Source of the DNA: Glycera tridactyla
Lineage: Eukaryota
NCBI GenBank assembly: GCA_965644265.1
Contig: OZ286460.1
Location: 96,286,001 to 96,350,000, forward strand
Direction of reading: 5' to 3'
Length of the DNA stretch: 64,000 nt
Shown: piece after piece, positions 59,771 through 64,000 of the stretch
Layout of the letters: each line of letters starts with the position of its first letter
Position numbering within the stretch: position 1 is the stretch's first letter
Made by a program: the position numbers and the translations under genes
The notes under the pieces: model-generated
The model's input: the letters and a program-made list of their open reading frames with translations, nothing else
Databases searched by the model: none
Told to the model about the DNA's origin: nothing

Positions 59771-61397
59771 CACTCTTACAATGTTTTACGTCAAAGTTTT
59801 ACTTCAAAGTTTTTTTTTCTGCAAGATTTCATGTCAAAGTTTTTCTTTAACCCTTCTACCATCATCAGATCTTGTGCACATGGGCTATAATACATCAGGA
59901 ATGATATTAAGAGAGCACTACGTCAAAGTTTTACGTCAAAGTTTTGCGTCAAAGTTTTTCATTGAAGTCTGTAGCTCAGCAACTATGGCTCTTACCACCA
60001 CCAGATTCCATACACACATACCCCTGAGTATTGGAGAAGGTGTCCATCCATCCATACAGCATTATCCCAGTTTTGCATCATATTTTTGGGTAAAAAATGC
60101 ATATTTTTGAGGATATGGACTTCGCGTCAAAGTTTTTGTTGGAGTCAGGTGACTGCACAACCATGGCCCCTACCATCACCAGTTTTCATGCACACATGCT
60201 CCATTGTGTTACAAGGGATGTTTACCCATCACAGCAGCAGTATCTCAGTTCAGGGTAGTGATTTTGGGGTGAAATTGCTCATTTGTGGGAAATTGGACTT
60301 TAGGTCTTAGTTTTTCTTCAGGTCAGGTCACTCTTCAACCATGGCCCCTACCTCCACCAGATTTGATGTACACATGCTCCAGTGTATTCTGGGGGGGGGG
60401 GGGGGCGGGGGCATCCAACCATCACCACAGTCATATGCATGTCAGTCATGTGATGTATCGTAGATTTGGGATAAAACCTCACATTTTTTGATTGAGTACT
60501 GGGACACACCAAACTCAACAAGGATGCATTTTATTGCATCTCCTGATGAATGCCAGCCATAGATGGGGTTTCCCAAAAGGCCTGGTTGGTTTTGGGATGA
60601 AAATTGGTTTTTCTGAAATGGATTTTTCTAAAGATGGTGGCTGTTCACAGCCACACCAAACTTGGCATGGATGCAATTCATAGCATTCCCTAATGAATGC
60701 CAGCCATAGATTAGGGTTTCCCAACAGGCCTGGTTTGTTTTTGGGTGAAAATTGGTTTTTCAGAAATGGATTTTTCTAAAGATGGTGGCTGTTCATAGCC
60801 ACACCAAACTTGGCGTGGATGCAATTCATAGCATTCCCTAATGAATGCCAGCCATGGATGGGGTCTCCCAGCATGCCTGATAGATTTCGGCAGGAACTTG
60901 GTTTTTCAGAAATGGATTCTAGCCAAAGCATCCCTCATCGATTCTCAGGCATGTATGGGATTGCCCATTAGCCCTACTGCAGGGCTTTCCGTTAACTTTT
61001 TTTTCTTCAGCTGTCATTCAGGCAGATGAAGTAGGATTTTTACCTGCCCTCCCTGTCATTTTCACCTGCCCTCCTGCATATAATCATAGCCCAAGTAAGG
61101 GTTGGGTACCTGTCCATCGGGCAGGCAGATTGATCAAGTCACCTGCCTGCCTGTGCCAGTAGGGCAACCACTTGCGTGGAGCCCTGTACTTATTTTAGAG
61201 AAATTTACTTTTTGAGGAAAGTTACCTTTCCAAGCATAATTATGTATTGGGTATTCCTATGCGATCAGGAACTGTGTGCACCCATCAAAGAAGCAGCACT
61301 GTTTTGTTTGTGTAAACTTTAGAAAACATGTCTTTCTTGAAGCGGCGTGTTGTGTGGCTTCGCCAAGGCGAGGTCCGCCTTCAGTGAAGGCTATGTT
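59691..61397 (+). mobile_element. Helentron-associated non-autonomous element (HINE/DINE-1-like) with nested hAT MITE
   Basis: TTTTT-ACCTCGCC ... GGCGAGGT subTIRs; 5' hairpin TCAAC-GAA-GTTGA; (CGGCGT)n microsatellite; two sets of internal tandem repeats; 3' hairpin GCCTTC-AGT-GAAGGC then TATGTTTT. Confidence 0.78.
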
Positions 61398-61473
61398 TTC
61401 AGTCTCCAGATATGTCGACCTGGCCAAGTGGAGCCTTGAGTCTTGAATGATCGCACCCTTGCAGCTCATGGTA

Positions 61474-62429
61474 CTGTCAAACTTGTCCTAAGCGGGAGGT
61501 CACGGGATGGACCAATACCTGTCGCTTAGGACAAGTTCTCGCTTAGTACAAGTTAGTATGAGTACAGATGCCATTGCGAAACACTAACTGGTTGAAGACT
61601 GATGCTGAAAACGATGTTTTTCACAACTGTCGATCGCTCTCGAAATGCCCAAAATACTGCCAGATGTCAGTTGATTGTCGACTATAATCGCTGTTTATTG
61701 CGTGTCTGCTGATTGTTTTGGAGAAAATCCCGACAAATTCGCCATAAGCATGATGAAAACTAGGCCTGTATGACCATCCAATAGTGTTCCGCCATTTTGA
61801 ACATGACAAACAATGAAGAAAAGTCAATTTGCATAATTTATCTGACCTATATATGCCAGCCTCGTGACAATACTCAACAATGGGGCCCAGATTGCCATAT
61901 CCTATGGCATAGGAGAAGCCAGCCTTTTGTTTCTATCGAAGAATACATGCTCTTTTGGCTTTGACAGGTGTTTTTCATGGTGGAGATCGCCTGGATTGCA
62001 CCAGTAGATCATTGAAGTATGGAGGCGCCAACGACCTAACAATAGCCGGGGGAAGGCGTGAATTGGCTTCTTTAGACACTCACTGACCGCCAAGATCAAC
62101 TCATCAGTTGTACTATTGTGTGTATGCACACTAGCGTGACGCTTGTCGCTGGCCCATGTCCGTCTTATTGCAGGTGAAATGTACTGACAGGTCATGTTTA
62201 ATACACGGCCCATGTCCATCTTATTGCAGATGAAATGTACTGACAGGTCACGTTTAATACAGGTTGAGTGGATCGACGGGGAGCCAAATCATTGTTCGCT
62301 ATTCGCGTAAGACAGGTTCCTGCTTAGAAGAGGTGATTTTTAGGGAAAATATGGTCAGGGGGTATTGAAAGTTTTCGCGTAGGACAAGATCCCGCTTAGA
62401 GGAGGTTCACGTTAGGGCAAGTTTGACTG
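61474..62429. mobile_element. pogo/Tc1-type non-autonomous element
   Basis: TA-CTGTCAAACTTGTCCTAA...TTAGGGCAAGTTTGACTG-TA. Confidence 0.7.
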
Positions 62430-64000
62430 TATGTGAAACAACTGACCAGAAATGGTGAATTGTTTGATGGATTGTTTGATACAGCTATACATAATGCCCG
62501 ATCGAATGCATGGGTAACTATTCCCAGCTTATCTCTACATAAATTGTGTGATCTGTTTGACAACATATGTGGTATTTCTTTTGTGAACCTTCACAACTTG
62601 TGGGTAGGGTGGGAATCCAGGGTCTCTAGAGATGGCAGCCACCATACACTGTGAAGTGTTCCCATTGGGGATGATGTGGCCTAGGTGTAGCATCATCCCT
62701 TCTCTTCTTATCAATATCTTTCGGAGCGGGGGGTTGAATAAAGACGTACCTTCAAAATTATCTGTCTTTAGGCATTTTCTACCAAAATTGCACTATCACC
62801 AAATTTTTTCCACCTCTTTCCTACCCCTCTAAGCTCTTGTTTCTTCAGTGAAATGGCCTTAGGTGTAGGTGGCTGATGGTCTACCTGTAGCAGATATTGT
62901 CACTATGCAAAACCTGGATACCAGGCACACCAGTTCTGGGTTACTAGGGCTGCAACTAGGTTGTATGATGGCATTGTACTTCAAGCATAGGGCACCCATT
63001 ATTTTAAAGCTGGTTTGAAGTTGACAGTTCAAAATTGAAGACATTGGTTGAGTATTCTCCAAACCTAATGTTTTTCCTTGTTGCGCTTTGCAAAAAAATG
63101 CATAGCTATCAGGCTTTAGCGTCATCTTGCAGCCAGTTACATAGTCAGATATGCCATTGTCAGGTTCAATATGTCTTTTTTTCTGTAGCCGTTGTTGGAG
63201 GTCTGTCAGCTAATTCCACTTGACAACTTTCAGGTTCCCCATCATCTCGTGTTCAGGGTTTGTGAGAGTGATGTCTGCAGGGGAGAGAACATCTAGCTTT
63301 TATTGACTAGGAACACACAGCATACATAATTCTGTGGGTTGATACGTGCCGTTAGACCACAAACAAACAAAATCTTCACAACTACAGAGAATGTGATGTG
63401 GAGCCAGATGTAAGATGTTCTATCTGTCTTCCCTGTTCCTCTGGTTGACCATCAACTTTGTGAGAGTTTATGAAGAAACAAATATCGGCATGACCTTTTC
63501 ATAGAATTCTGTAGGCGATTCCTGTTGATGCATAAGAAATGATAACTATTTTCTAGGTATAGCAGTTTTCTTCGCATTGTTAACTTGTTAACTGTTTGTG
63601 TTTACATGTTGGAAATGAGAAGTGCACCTATGTGTATATTGACACTGCCTACTGAATGTATGATGTACGGTGTCATCTTTTTTTTCATAGTTTTTTGTAC
63701 AGTACATATGAGATCATGAGAATGAGAAAATCCTTTCTGATATGTTTGTGATTTATATCTCTTGGATCTGCTGATTTTTCGCCACTTGAATCATGATAGT
63801 AAACGTGTGGCGATCGTTCTAGCACAACGCTTCTGGCCGAGTATGTTCTCCAATGGCGCCTTTTCTTCGACTATTCTAATTGAACAAATGCTGATTCTTT
63901 CGCAAATCCAAGATGGCGAGCACGTTTGATAGGATGTTCTCCTCACATGTGCCACATTTCTAACATGAATACCAAATATTTGAGGCGCAGGGATTTATTT

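Noticed and set aside
61257-63300. A fourth gene downstream of LRRCC1
   Set aside because: Short ORFs overlap MITEs and dispersed repeats; no coherent exon chain

Overview
Eukaryotic (animal, probably marine invertebrate) intron-rich, repeat-rich genomic DNA with five assembly gaps; nothing prokaryotic (no operons, rRNA or CRISPR). Three spliced genes were rebuilt by hand from GT-AG boundaries and frame continuity. (1) Cytosolic C1-THF synthase MTHFD1, minus strand, 11 exons from ATG 27042 running off the left edge. (2) An LRRC74-like LRR + EF-hand gene, plus strand, about 30095-40722, head-to-head with MTHFD1. (3) LRRCC1, plus strand, 52180-59582, 5 coding exons, about 1029 aa. The rest is TE debris: two copies of a non-LTR retrotransposon, an L2/CR1 relic, pogo/Tc1-type and hAT-type MITEs, Helentron-associated (HINE-like) elements and satellites. 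The top candidate for novelty is in MTHFD1 intron 8. A 639-nt open segment there encodes a pogo/CENP-B-type transposase DNA-binding region bounded by phase-1 splice sites, with a phase-1 15-nt microexon upstream. Both would splice in frame into MTHFD1, predicting a folate-enzyme/transposase-DBD fusion isoform; this is inferred from sequence only, with no transcript evidence. Family assignments come from recalled sequences and motifs, not database searches.
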